This document shows positions 10,457-20,932 of a stretch of DNA of 48,316 nt, piece by piece. Position numbers and translations under genes: made by a program. The notes under the pieces are model-generated. The model saw only the letters and a list, made by a program, of their open reading frames with translations, had not been told where the DNA came from and did no database searches. The stretch spans positions 1 through 48,316 of the forward strand of contig MRSU01001564.1 in assembly GCA_008369845.1 (NCBI GenBank), written 5' to 3'. Source of the DNA: Trichomonas gallinae (Eukaryota). Positions within the stretch are counted from its first letter, which is position 1; every line of letters starts with the position of its first letter.

Positions 10457-13400
10457 ATGCGCGCTTTTATAAACAAATATTACCATCATGACTATAAATA
10501 CCCGGTAAAAATGTGGTGTTTAGCGGAGTCAGATGGAAAACCCCATGTTGTTGTTTATGACGGCGCTATTTTAAGATTAATCAATCTCGAATCCAAAAAA
10601 ATACTGAAAAGCTACGAATATCATCAGATAAATGCGTTCAGTGAGTGTATTCATGCACGAGTAAGTATATATAGATTCGAATATTTATACTTTCTCGCTT
10701 ATCAACAAAAACAAATCAAAGCCTTCGATGAAAATCTTAATGAAATTCCACAGGCAAACTTCGACTGTGGAATGGCGATACTTGCACTACATTGGGTGCC
10801 AGAAACATCAAATTTATATATCGCAGGAACAAATGGTTGGCTAAAATGCTATCATTTAACGTGTAAAGCGCACATTGCAGACTTTATAGCAAGTTGGAAA
10901 CTAGTATTTGAAATTAGATCAACTGAAGATTGGATCGTTTCATTAGCACATGATAATTTCACGCAAACATTATATGGCATAGCAAACACGACTCTTTACG
11001 CTTGGGAGCTGGGCACAGGTATCTTTAAATTTAGATTACCAGATTTACACGACAAATTTCGACTCTGTCAAGTTGCCGTGATTCCAGAATCAAATTTAGT
11101 CGTCACTTCAGCGTTGGATGGAACAGTTAAACTGTGGAACGTACAGATATCAGTCTGCAAATTATATTTCACTGTTCCTTCTTTTTATTTAGGCTACACA
11201 TCGTTCAGGGTAAAAGATAGATTCATCATAACAAATTCGGCAGATAGAACGATAAGATTATTTAGAATTGGCAACGAATATCCACTGAGTTCCTATGATT
11301 TATCAGACAGCGCAAAACAGAGAAGCTACGATGAAGTTGTTATAGTTAAACTCGACACCATTCCTTTGTTGAATGGCGAAGAAGGTTATATGTGTGTGAC
11401 ATCGTATAAAAATCAACTGGACTGCGTTACTATAGGCTTTGCTCCTGAAGATTACTTGACATCTAATTTCCCAATCATACAGATGTCATATGTATCAGAC
11501 TTGAAGAAGATTTTGTGCATTTGCGAAAATAATTTATTGATCACAGCAATTCCTGATCAAGAGAATCCTGATACAATAGATTTAGACATGATTCCGCAAA
11601 CTAAAACTAAAAGATCGACAGCGAGTGATACTACTTGTCTGTGCCAATGTGGTGATACTTTAATTACTGGACACAAGAATGGCTCTCTCAAACTCATTGA
11701 CGCGCAAACATTTAACGGAACAATGATAGAAACAGTTGACTTAGATGACACGATTTTGTGTATGGATTCATGCAAAGGCATATTTAACTCAAACCACCAG
11801 ACATGCGGAGTTAACCAGATAAAGACAGAAGCTTACCAAGCTTATATTGTTGCTATGTCTAAATCAGGGTCAATACACGTCTGGTGTACAAAATGCGGAT
11901 TAAATGTTTTGGACCAGAAATTGAACAAAAAAGAAGCAGTGAAAATTCAGGTTGTTGATTCGCAAAAATTAGCTTTCGTCGCTAGTGAAAATACTGTTAG
12001 CTGCTACAAATCAAATGGATACAGTTTCATTCCAATTTGCCAGCTATCAACATCAGGAAATCAAATGATTTCTACATTTACTGTTACGCCAGATTTGCAT
12101 CTTGCTGTCGGAACAACAACGGGCGAGATAATTCTCGCTGACATGGAATTAGAAGAAACAGAGGCCCATATTAATGTTCATCATATTCTGACGCCAGGAT
12201 GTTCACCAGCGAAAGAGATTTTTATCTTTAACGATAATCTTTGCTGCGTTGCTTGTTTCAGTGATGGACAGTTATATATGTTTGAAACAAAGTATTACAT
12301 GACAATGGCGAATGACTACTTCACTGATGCTGCTCCTCTTTCCAGCGTTTTGTTCACTTACGAAGAAGAAAGCTTGAGAGCATTTATGGCTTTTGGCGAG
12401 CACGTTCATTGTTACATGCTTCCTGTTGAAATTCCTGATCCACCGATTATTGAAGAAGTCAAACAAGAAGAAGAACAAGTTGTTGCCGCACACCATGAAT
12501 CTACTGATGACGAAGAAGAAATACAGATGCCATTCACCAGTCTCAAAGATGTCAAAAACAATGAAAGCGATGAGAATTTCGTTGTCAATGTGAGAAAATA
12601 CAAGAATACCGATGAATTCAACTTAATTGATTCAAGCATTGCCTCTAAAATCACATTCGATAAGCTTCCAAAACAGAGGCCAAAACTTACATTGGAAGAA
12701 GCAGTTGCCAGGAATGAAGCAGAAGCACAGAAGATTCTTGGCAACCAGCAACAAAAGAAGAAGTCAAAAGTCATCAAAAAGAAGAGGCCGCAAACAGCTT
12801 TGACGGCAAGAAACAACGCTGAAAAACCACGCGGTCTGGATTTCACACTGACTAATTTCAGCTACAAAGATATACAGAGACCTAAAACTATGTCAGAACT
12901 GCAAAGAGAAGCATCAAGTCAATTGCAAAGCTCGAGAAATAACGCGAGTTCTCAGCTTTCTACTCGATCACAAAAACTTTCAACTCAAACTGTTATTATC
13001 AACGAACGCGATCGTGAAAAGTGGGCAGAAATCGCTTTAAGCGGTGAGATACATCCAGACGCTGATGCAATGATGTTCCCGACGCAGGCAGGAACTTGGA
13101 TGATGATTTCTAACGAAAAGAAAGAAAAATCAACTGTTCCAACTGCGACGTTAAATAAAGCTTTTATTGCTCCACCTCTAGGTAGCAGAATCCTCTTCGA
13201 TGATCAGTCAACGTTGAACTCTCTCTCTTACTTCGATCCGAGAGGCTTTTCGATGAAATTTGAAAGCGAGGAAGAAAAAATGCGGAAACAAGAGGAAGAA
13301 AATGCTCTTAAAGAAGCGAGAAGACAAGCGATGAGAGAATCTCAGCTGAGCAAAACAATGAGACCAGTTGCTAAGCCAAAGATTGTTGAGAAGAAGAAGG

Positions 13401-14746
13401 ATGATAATGAAGAAGAATCAGAACTAGAAGTTCCAGAAAAAGCGAAAACTCAGCCGATTGTCGATAAATCTAAATTATATCCTATGAAGAGAAAATCTAT
13501 TTCTCGATTCAGTTCTTTGATGACTTCGCAGCCAATTACTGACAGCACAGAAAGGAAATCTACAGTTCCATCACGCGTAGTCACTAAGCAACCTTCACTG
13601 AAGAAGATAGTAATTGTCGAGAAAACAGAAGATAGTCTTGTAAGACCAGAAATAAACATTCCGCCCAAACCAGTTGTTACAAAACCACCACCTCCTCCTC
13701 CACCTCCATCACAGTCTCAAACTAAGCCAGTCGTCACTGAAGAGACATCTGGAACTATTATTAAACCAGTAGAAGTTCCAAAGGAGCCATCAAAGAAGGA
13801 GCCTCCAATCGTCATCACTACTACTCCGCAGAATAATCAGCTGCAACAACAAGCTCAAAACATTCAACAAAAACCGAAGAAAGAAGTAATCATTGAAAGG
13901 CCAGAAATCGACTTTTCAACAACAGCTGAGTCAACTCCGCGAACTAAAGCTCAACGAGAATCAGTTACTTTCCAGGTGCATCGCAATACATCGAACAACT
14001 TACCCAAAGTTATCGAAAACAAGCCGACGAAAATCGATAAATCAAAGCTTACTTCTGGAATCGGCCACAAAGTTAAAAACATTGATCCTAAGAAATACAT
14101 AATTCCCAAAGCTAGCGAGCAGAATGACATGGTCAAGAAGGCAATGCACAGTATCAAGCCTTCAACGCTGAAAGGTGTCGACTCCAGGCCACACACTCAA
14201 GACAAAAAGAAGAAGAGGGCAGAAAGAACATCAAGTGCGAGCGAAGAGAACTTATCAGAAGATGCCAGGATCAAGAAGTCTGGCTCCAACTTGTCTCAGA
14301 AGTCGAATCATCAGGCGGACAAGAACCAGCCAAGCGTGACAATCGAGCAAACAGAGCTCAAGAGGAAGCCAAGGAAGTGGGAAGACAACGGAATCGATTT
14401 CAGCTTCGGAGATGGAACATTCAAGGAAGTTGATTCACCACGCGCTAAATTCGTTATGACCGATTTCCTGCCAAATCTTGCTCCTCTTTGGAATCAAAAG
14501 CACATCTTCCCAGAGCTTCCAGTTGAAGGTGTGAAAAGGCTGGCAGCAAAAGACGCCAAGGTTAACACGGAGAACATTGATGATAATTTCCCAGACATGC
14601 AGCCAATCTTGTTTGTCAAGAAGAACTTTTTCGAAGATTTTCAAAGATTCTACGCATATCAGACTGGCGAAGACAGGAATTTCGATCAAGGCCCACAACA
14701 TGGCGCTTTCGATGTTCCACACAGAACACGTAGACTTAGTGCATAA
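10457..14746 (+). CDS. Large WD40-repeat protein with low-complexity/charged C-terminal half
   Basis: VTSALDGTVKLWN, TNSADRTIRLF, ITGHKNGSLKL, SKSGSIHVW repeats. Start uncertain: 10457 follows TCAAAATT; the ORF is open from 10370. Confidence 0.8.
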   Translation: MRAFINKYYHHDYKYPVKMWCLAESDGKPHVVVYDGAILRLINLESKKILKSYEYHQINAFSECIHARVSIYRFEYLYFLAYQQKQIKAFDENLNEIPQANFDCGMAILALHWVPETSNLYIAGTNGWLKCYHLTCKAHIADFIASWKLVFEIRSTEDWIVSLAHDNFTQTLYGIANTTLYAWELGTGIFKFRLPDLHDKFRLCQVAVIPESNLVVTSALDGTVKLWNVQISVCKLYFTVPSFYLGYTSFRVKDRFIITNSADRTIRLFRIGNEYPLSSYDLSDSAKQRSYDEVVIVKLDTIPLLNGEEGYMCVTSYKNQLDCVTIGFAPEDYLTSNFPIIQMSYVSDLKKILCICENNLLITAIPDQENPDTIDLDMIPQTKTKRSTASDTTCLCQCGDTLITGHKNGSLKLIDAQTFNGTMIETVDLDDTILCMDSCKGIFNSNHQTCGVNQIKTEAYQAYIVAMSKSGSIHVWCTKCGLNVLDQKLNKKEAVKIQVVDSQKLAFVASENTVSCYKSNGYSFIPICQLSTSGNQMISTFTVTPDLHLAVGTTTGEIILADMELEETEAHINVHHILTPGCSPAKEIFIFNDNLCCVACFSDGQLYMFETKYYMTMANDYFTDAAPLSSVLFTYEEESLRAFMAFGEHVHCYMLPVEIPDPPIIEEVKQEEEQVVAAHHESTDDEEEIQMPFTSLKDVKNNESDENFVVNVRKYKNTDEFNLIDSSIASKITFDKLPKQRPKLTLEEAVARNEAEAQKILGNQQQKKKSKVIKKKRPQTALTARNNAEKPRGLDFTLTNFSYKDIQRPKTMSELQREASSQLQSSRNNASSQLSTRSQKLSTQTVIINERDREKWAEIALSGEIHPDADAMMFPTQAGTWMMISNEKKEKSTVPTATLNKAFIAPPLGSRILFDDQSTLNSLSYFDPRGFSMKFESEEEKMRKQEEENALKEARRQAMRESQLSKTMRPVAKPKIVEKKKDDNEEESELEVPEKAKTQPIVDKSKLYPMKRKSISRFSSLMTSQPITDSTERKSTVPSRVVTKQPSLKKIVIVEKTEDSLVRPEINIPPKPVVTKPPPPPPPPSQSQTKPVVTEETSGTIIKPVEVPKEPSKKEPPIVITTTPQNNQLQQQAQNIQQKPKKEVIIERPEIDFSTTAESTPRTKAQRESVTFQVHRNTSNNLPKVIENKPTKIDKSKLTSGIGHKVKNIDPKKYIIPKASEQNDMVKKAMHSIKPSTLKGVDSRPHTQDKKKKRAERTSSASEENLSEDARIKKSGSNLSQKSNHQADKNQPSVTIEQTELKRKPRKWEDNGIDFSFGDGTFKEVDSPRAKFVMTDFLPNLAPLWNQKHIFPELPVEGVKRLAAKDAKVNTENIDDNFPDMQPILFVKKNFFEDFQRFYAYQTGEDRNFDQGPQHGAFDVPHRTRRLSA

Positions 14747-15262
14747 ATTGTTTGTATTTTTATGATTAATTATTTTTTTATCATTTCTTTTAGTAGTTTA
14801 TGATATATTACGCCACTTATCAGTTTGTAATTCATATTATAGTGTCATCCCGTTCAAATTAATCATCATATTATTAACTCGCATAAACTGTATAGTGAGA
14901 TCGATTGCATTCACATATAATGAGTAAATTTGTACTATTTTTGCTGTTAGATGAATAGTTAAAGCATGAAAAAGTTATTTTAAGATAAAATCAGAATTTT
15001 TGCCTAGTATGAGCTGTTTGGTTAAGTACAATTGATTTATGATATAAGAGCATGGAAAATTTCCTATAATTAAATGTTTTCTTTGTGGAATTCGATTTCA
15101 ATTAAATATATTGTTTTGATTATATATTATTTGTCTAAACTAAGTTGTCTTGTATACATGATTTTATTGTGACTATGATGAGTTCTCTTATCCAAATAAT
15201 AAAAATATTATAAAATTACGCAGATAATAATTTATAAAACATACAATTAATAACAATACTTA

Positions 15263-15865
15263 TTAATAGAAGAAATCTTCAGAAATAGTACTGTTAAAGT
15301 CTGCTTTCCAAAAATCAAATGATGGAGCCATTAGTTCTTGAAATTCATTTTCTAATGAAAGAAATGAGTTATCTAAGCCATTCTCGACGCAGATATATTG
15401 ATTAGAATCTGAAGATTGAGATTCGACAGGAATATGATTGCTTTCATTAGTTTCTATAGCTGGAGCTGCCTCCTGTGGAACAGCAGCAGGCTTTGATTGA
15501 TTTGCAATAATAATCGATGCAGCGAGATTTCTCTTTTTCTGGTTGCGTCTTGAATTAAAGCGCTTATATATTGCATCCCTCTTGTTCCTGATTGTATATT
15601 CGACCTTCTTTGGAAAAAAGATTTTCAACTCTGCCACACTGACTTTTTCTCCATCTTTACGTTCCTCGAGATAGTTCTCTAAACAAATCATCTCTTCAGC
15701 AGTGAAAAATGTCTCAAGTGAGCTGAAACGAATGATATCATAAACTTTGCGGGGCTCTAGTTTGAATTTTAATGCAATAGCAGTGCGCGACATCTTCTCC
15801 TCCTTGTAAAGGCGAATGATTTCCTTCACTGTCTCTGGTGAAAGTATCAGTTCTTTCTTTCGCAT
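15263..15865 (-). CDS. Putative DNA-binding protein: N-terminal HTH plus degenerate Myb-like repeat, acidic C-terminus
   Basis: LSPE..EIIRLY...MSRTAIALKFKL..KVYDIIR (HTH); FTAEE..L..FFPKK..TIRNKR (Myb-like); TCATT initiator just upstream on the minus strand. Confidence 0.6.
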   Translation of the reverse strand: MRKKELILSPETVKEIIRLYKEEKMSRTAIALKFKLEPRKVYDIIRFSSLETFFTAEEMICLENYLEERKDGEKVSVAELKIFFPKKVEYTIRNKRDAIYKRFNSRRNQKKRNLAASIIIANQSKPAAVPQEAAPAIETNESNHIPVESQSSDSNQYICVENGLDNSFLSLENEFQELMAPSFDFWKADFNSTISEDFFY

Positions 15866-16436
15866 TTAATAAAAATGATTATAAGTGAAAGATTCTCAAA
15901 TTTATTTTGAATATAATATTTTGCTTTCACTCTGATTATTCATTTTGCGTGTAAATTTTTGGTAAAATCCAGTTGGATACAAAAATTTCAATTGTCAACG
16001 GTTGAATATAAACTCAAATTGATAATCAACCGCGTGGACTGATATACACATTATTAGACTATTCACAAAGTTTTACAAAAGCCTGTTAATTCAAAATGGG
16101 ATTTTTTAAAAGTGACAACTATTGAATGGAGTTCAATATTTTAATGACTTTAAAACAGATTATTTTCCAATATAGGTTGCAATATTTCTAAATTTTAACG
16201 CTTTATCGTTTGTCATATTTCCATAATTTTTTTAAAATACTCATAATAGAATATGCTGCAGAATTTTAAGTTTTTTTCCTTGTTCAAAAATTGAGAACAT
16301 TGAGATAAAAAAAGTGGAATTTTTGTTATTATACTCAGAAACCAATATTATATCATTTATGAATAATTTTGTTTAATCAAGCGTTAAAAAATTGAGTGAA
16401 ATTTTTTACAATGGATTGTCAGTTTTATATTAAAAA

Positions 16437-16627
16437 AAAGCTAACTAACAATTGTATTGTTTAAAGACACAAAAACATTATTATAATAACAAAAGTTTGT
16501 TAATTTTTTACCAAATCTTTGTCAATTTTTGTAATATAAAAATACTAACTGACAATTTATGCTATTTAAAATGCCATATGCATTATTATAACTAGAAAGA
16601 ATTTGTCAATTTTTTACATTCTTTATC
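16437..16627. repeat. Degenerate direct duplication (~103 bp spacing, 2 copies)
   Basis: CTAACT(A/G)ACAATT..TTTAAA..CATTATTATAA..TTTGT.AATTTTTTAC..TCTTT occurs twice. Confidence 0.7.
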
Positions 16628-17046
16628 GCCCATTATATTGTAATTCCATTTCATCATACATAGATTTATATTCTCAACAAAACAATGTTTTATTGTTGTT
16701 AATGCAACTGAAATTGAGAAAAATCATTACATTTTGAAATGAAAAAAAAATTCATTTGCCGTTGCATTATCATATGTATTTCGTTGGAATATGTCAAATT
16801 TCTGCAAGTGGTTAATATAAATTGAGCATATCTGACCGCGGGACAAATTTCGAAGTATCATTTTCTGACATTAGTTAATGACTATGATTCATTAAATATT
16901 AATTAATTGAAATAAAGCTACCTTCAACCAATGATTCACTGCTGATCGAAAAATAGAAAAAAAGGTAAAAAAAATGATAAATATTAGCCTGATTTGATTA
17001 TAGGCGTGTCCTGCCGAAATCGGATCCAGTCATATAATGGACAATT

Positions 17047-17159
17047 CCTTAAGTCTCCTTAAATTTTTTAAAATTATAACGCTTAAAATTTTTGATTTGA
17101 GTCTGATTTTCAAAAAAATTTTCTTGCGGTTTTATTGAAAAATTTAAGGAGACTTTAGG
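17047..17159. repeat. 113-bp imperfect palindrome / MITE-like foldback
   Basis: CCTTAAGTCTCCTTAAATTTTT (17047-17068) matches the reverse complement of AAAAATTTAAGGAGACTTTAGG (17138-17159) at 21/22; looser pairing continues inward. Confidence 0.85.
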
Positions 17160-17673
17160 TTGAGATAATTATTGTCAGATTGAATGACTACATTTCAACA
17201 CACAATTTTTTTCCGCCTTTTATTAGTCGTAATATACATAATGTAATGAAATATAAAAATAATTTCTCAAAAGTATAAAACGACTTATTTATTTTTATCA
17301 TTTCACGGAATTTTTATATCATTTTACGACTGTTCTAATTGATTTCATGTACTGCGGTGGTGTAATTTTACGATGATAATATGATGAAAGTGGCGGTGTA
17401 ATTGACATTGCTTATTGCATTAGTATTAAAATATTAAGAAATTTTATATACTAGTATTCTTAATACATTAGTATTTTGTAGGTTGAATCAGTTTTATATT
17501 GGTTATTGCTGCTTACAGTAAATTCTCTGATGAAACAAGCATGCTGGGAAATAAAACTATCGACTGTAGAATCAAAGATGATCTCATGAAATACATTTGC
17601 TATGCGTCGATGAAAAGATTTATTTTTCTTTTTGCAATCATTTTTACTTTGCAATTCCATCGTAAATACAATG

Positions 17674-17755
17674 GTTTTCACCGGACTGCTCTATTTTGGG
17701 AATTTGTTTTTCAATAAATAACAACAAGCATATGATTAGTTTTCACCGGACTGCT
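17674..17755. repeat. 17-bp exact direct repeat, 65 bp apart
   Basis: GTTTTCACCGGACTGCT at 17674-17690 and 17739-17755. Confidence 0.85.
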
Positions 17756-17831
17756 TTATCTTGAGTTGTTCGATCGAATTTTTCATTTTTATATTTTTTT
17801 TAAGTTTCAATGATTCATTTATCGAACAATT

Positions 17832-18005
17832 ATGGACCTCAGAACTCCTCTAAATCCAAGCTATACAAGTTTTGAAGAGTTATGTAGCCTATTCAGGATG
17901 TGCTTTAACTCTGTTGCAATGATTAAACCGCTTTCCAAAACAATAACAATCAAAATTGATGAAAGTACTCCTGATGATGTTAGCAACTATCTTCGTTATA
18001 AGTAA
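17832..18005 (+). CDS. Candidate 57-aa small protein, or a 3' gene remnant
   Basis: MDLRTPLNPSYTSFEELCSLFRMCFNSVAMIKPLSKTITIKIDESTPDDVSNYLRYK*; TCATTT initiator ~15 nt upstream; coding-like composition. Confidence 0.4.
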   Translation: MDLRTPLNPSYTSFEELCSLFRMCFNSVAMIKPLSKTITIKIDESTPDDVSNYLRYK

Positions 18006-19316
18006 TTAATTTTGATGATTTCTTTTTTATAGGTATTCAACTTTTCTTACTAGATGTCTGTATTTAACATATTGTTTATTTTTCAATCTCATATATTTCA
18101 ACCTCTTATCACATTCAGCCTTGTCTATTCAACAATTTTATTTTTCAAAAAAATATCGTGCTTGAAAAGTAAAATATCTATGGGCTAAGCGTTATTTCAT
18201 ATACTTATAACCCATATAATTATAATGATTACTTCAATAAGTATGCATATGAAACATATTAACTGGTAGTTATTAAGTTATAGACCAGATATATACGGTT
18301 CTACAGTTTTTGTTTCAAAAGTTGGTTCTCGGATAGGATAACCAGCATGAAACACAGAATAGAACATAATTACAAATGTACTGTAGCATATACCCTACAT
18401 AATTATATCGATTGTAGCAGATATTCAATTTGTAACACTGAGATATATTATAAATAAGGTTTCATTAAAATGATATATTCAATTTTTCATATATTTGTAT
18501 TTAGATATATCATTGAGTTGTGATTAATGATGAACTGAAAAAAGAGAAGCGTATTAATGAAGCTAAAATTTTTAAAACAATGAATTCTGAATTTTCTTTG
18601 ATAAGTTATTAACAAATAGCCGTAATATGTGCATACTAAATCACTTATTTGTTGTATTTGTGCTGAATCTTGGAAGAAGCAGAAATTTCCATCACATTGT
18701 CAAGAAAATATTGTATTTTGACATATAACATTTGATATATATCATGTATAATCTGTTTGCAGCATTTAGACCCTAGTGAAGAGGTGTTTCATTGATTTGA
18801 ATTAGAATAATATTGTAACCATTATACTTGTATTCATTGAGGTGGTTTTATAGTGTACTAGCAAAACCCGAGATAATATGATAAATACTCGATCCTTATA
18901 GTGATTCTTCTGAGAAAATATTCATAATAATGTTTTTAATTAAAATTAACGCTATAATATGTGCACACCAAGTATATCCTACAGTTTTAAAAATCGGATG
19001 ATCAGGAATTCAATTTTTCTGAATAGTTGAATACTTTAAGATAAAATCAGATATATTTGTCCAGCATTACATGTGGCACAAGTTTTATGTTCAAACTACC
19101 ACTTTTTAGTTTTGGCTCTTGACACAACACGGAGTTTTACTAGAATAGAGTTGAGTAAATAAAGACAACAAACGAACAATATGCACCAGCAGTCAAGACC
19201 AAATACTACCATGTTATTTGCGAAAATTAATTGATATCAAATATAATTCGAAAAAACAGAATTTCTATTATTTACAATAAAACAAACTAATATTAATAAC
19301 AACCTGATATATATTA

Positions 19317-20600
19317 TTAAACATTATAGTCAATAAATGCATTGTATGGAACAGGATCCGGCCAAGATCCATTAACAGCGAGATACGCAGCTACTTCGAA
19401 AGCTTTTGCAAATCGTTCAGGATCAACTCTTGAATTAGAGTAGCCATGCGGCCAGTGCGCGTTGATGAACCAAACAAGTTTCATTCCAATGCACAATGGA
19501 GGGAGATAAACTGAATAATCCCACATGTTCGTGTTAACAAACACAACAATTGCTTCGGGATTCATGAAAATAACTTTGTGACAATTGCTGCCTGGAACTG
19601 TTCCGAATATTTTCATTTTTGCGTGCACTTTAGCAGATTCTATCAGACTATCTCTGCGCTCATCATAGAGCTGCCAATCCAAGCTCGGAACCAATGCCTT
19701 TGTTGCATTCATGCATTCGTCGATATTTGTGACTATTCTGAGAGCTGATCTTTGGATAAAGCCGAAGTTAGTTGGTTTGATTTCTGTCAAGTTCAATTTT
19801 TCTCTCAAAATCCGATTTAACTTTAAAACCAAAGGACCGAAATGGACTACATGCGTCATAGGATGCGTGGCTGATATAAGACTATCACAATGCACCCATT
19901 GATTCTCAGAAATATATATAACATTACTCGAAATATCCAATAATTCAAAAAATATTCTCTTGTATTCAGCCGGCTTGAAATGAATAATCGTTGACTGGAG
20001 CAAAATGTTTCTAGGGATAGCCATCAAAGGGTAAAGACAATCACAAATGAAATGGCCGAACAGATTTTCTCCATGATGAATGCAAATTCCAAATTTCACG
20101 CTTGTGACTACATGGCCTGGATAATATGTGTAGATATAATATGGCCCTGTAGTATTGCCAGACATTATTAAATGAGTTCCATTTGATACAACACCTTGCA
20201 TGCCGACATAAACGTCTCTAAAATTAGTGAAAATACAATCAACTTCGTTTACCCAACGCAAAAAATCAGTAGTGTTAATTAGAGGATATGCAAATTTATA
20301 GCCGTCCTCGCCAACTATTACTGATCGTCCTGGAAAACGTAATTCGTGAATAGAATGTTTAAAATAAAACATTGCATTTTTATTTGGCGTTTCTGATTTC
20401 ATATTGATATGTATAAATTCTATTGTGTTAATAGGGCTTGTCTTCACTGTAAAATTCTTATTTGGCTCGATATATTCTTTCATAGGTAAGTTTTGATAAA
20501 AATCAGTCGATACATCTATTGGAATGAAGATGTTTACGCAGCATAGCATTGAAAATAGGAAAAGAATCATGGTCGGAATAGCTCTATTTTGCCTTCTCAT
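19317..20600 (-). CDS. Glycosyltransferase family 61-like (DUF563) type II membrane protein
   Basis: N-terminal signal-anchor, NLFGHFICDCL, R..RIVTN.DE, GSN..IFM motifs; ATG at 20600 lies downstream of GTCACTTTT. Confidence 0.7.
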   Translation of the reverse strand: MRRQNRAIPTMILFLFSMLCCVNIFIPIDVSTDFYQNLPMKEYIEPNKNFTVKTSPINTIEFIHINMKSETPNKNAMFYFKHSIHELRFPGRSVIVGEDGYKFAYPLINTTDFLRWVNEVDCIFTNFRDVYVGMQGVVSNGTHLIMSGNTTGPYYIYTYYPGHVVTSVKFGICIHHGENLFGHFICDCLYPLMAIPRNILLQSTIIHFKPAEYKRIFFELLDISSNVIYISENQWVHCDSLISATHPMTHVVHFGPLVLKLNRILREKLNLTEIKPTNFGFIQRSALRIVTNIDECMNATKALVPSLDWQLYDERRDSLIESAKVHAKMKIFGTVPGSNCHKVIFMNPEAIVVFVNTNMWDYSVYLPPLCIGMKLVWFINAHWPHGYSNSRVDPERFAKAFEVAAYLAVNGSWPDPVPYNAFIDYNV

Positions 20601-20761
20601 TGAGAATTCAAATTTGAATTTTTTCCTGAGTCGGCAATAAAAAGTGACAACCCGAAACATAAAGTCATATTTGTGTGTTCAAATTCTCGTAATAGCATCA
20701 GTATGTGATACCAGATATGTCGATGAAATATGAAGCTTCATATGATTCTAAAAAATTTAAT

Positions 20762-20932
20762 TTTGGATAATAATACTTCAAGATGGTGGTTTCTTGAATC
20801 CGTAATCAAAACTGTTTTGTCATATTTGTCTTATGAGTTGATATCAATTCCAAAAACTGAAAGAAAGAGTTTAGAAATTTCATAATGACCTTTTCCTCAA
20901 GCCAAAGCTTTATTCACATCAAAACCTTTTTG
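20762..20932 (-). pseudogene. Ankyrin-repeat gene relic
   Basis: Minus strand reads QKGFDVNKALA*GKGHYEISKLFLSVFGIDINS*DKYDKTVLITDSRNHHLEVLLSK with in-frame stops. Confidence 0.75.

Noticed and set aside
17674..17755. Direct repeats as a CRISPR array
   Set aside because: Only two 17-bp copies, eukaryotic context, no cas genes
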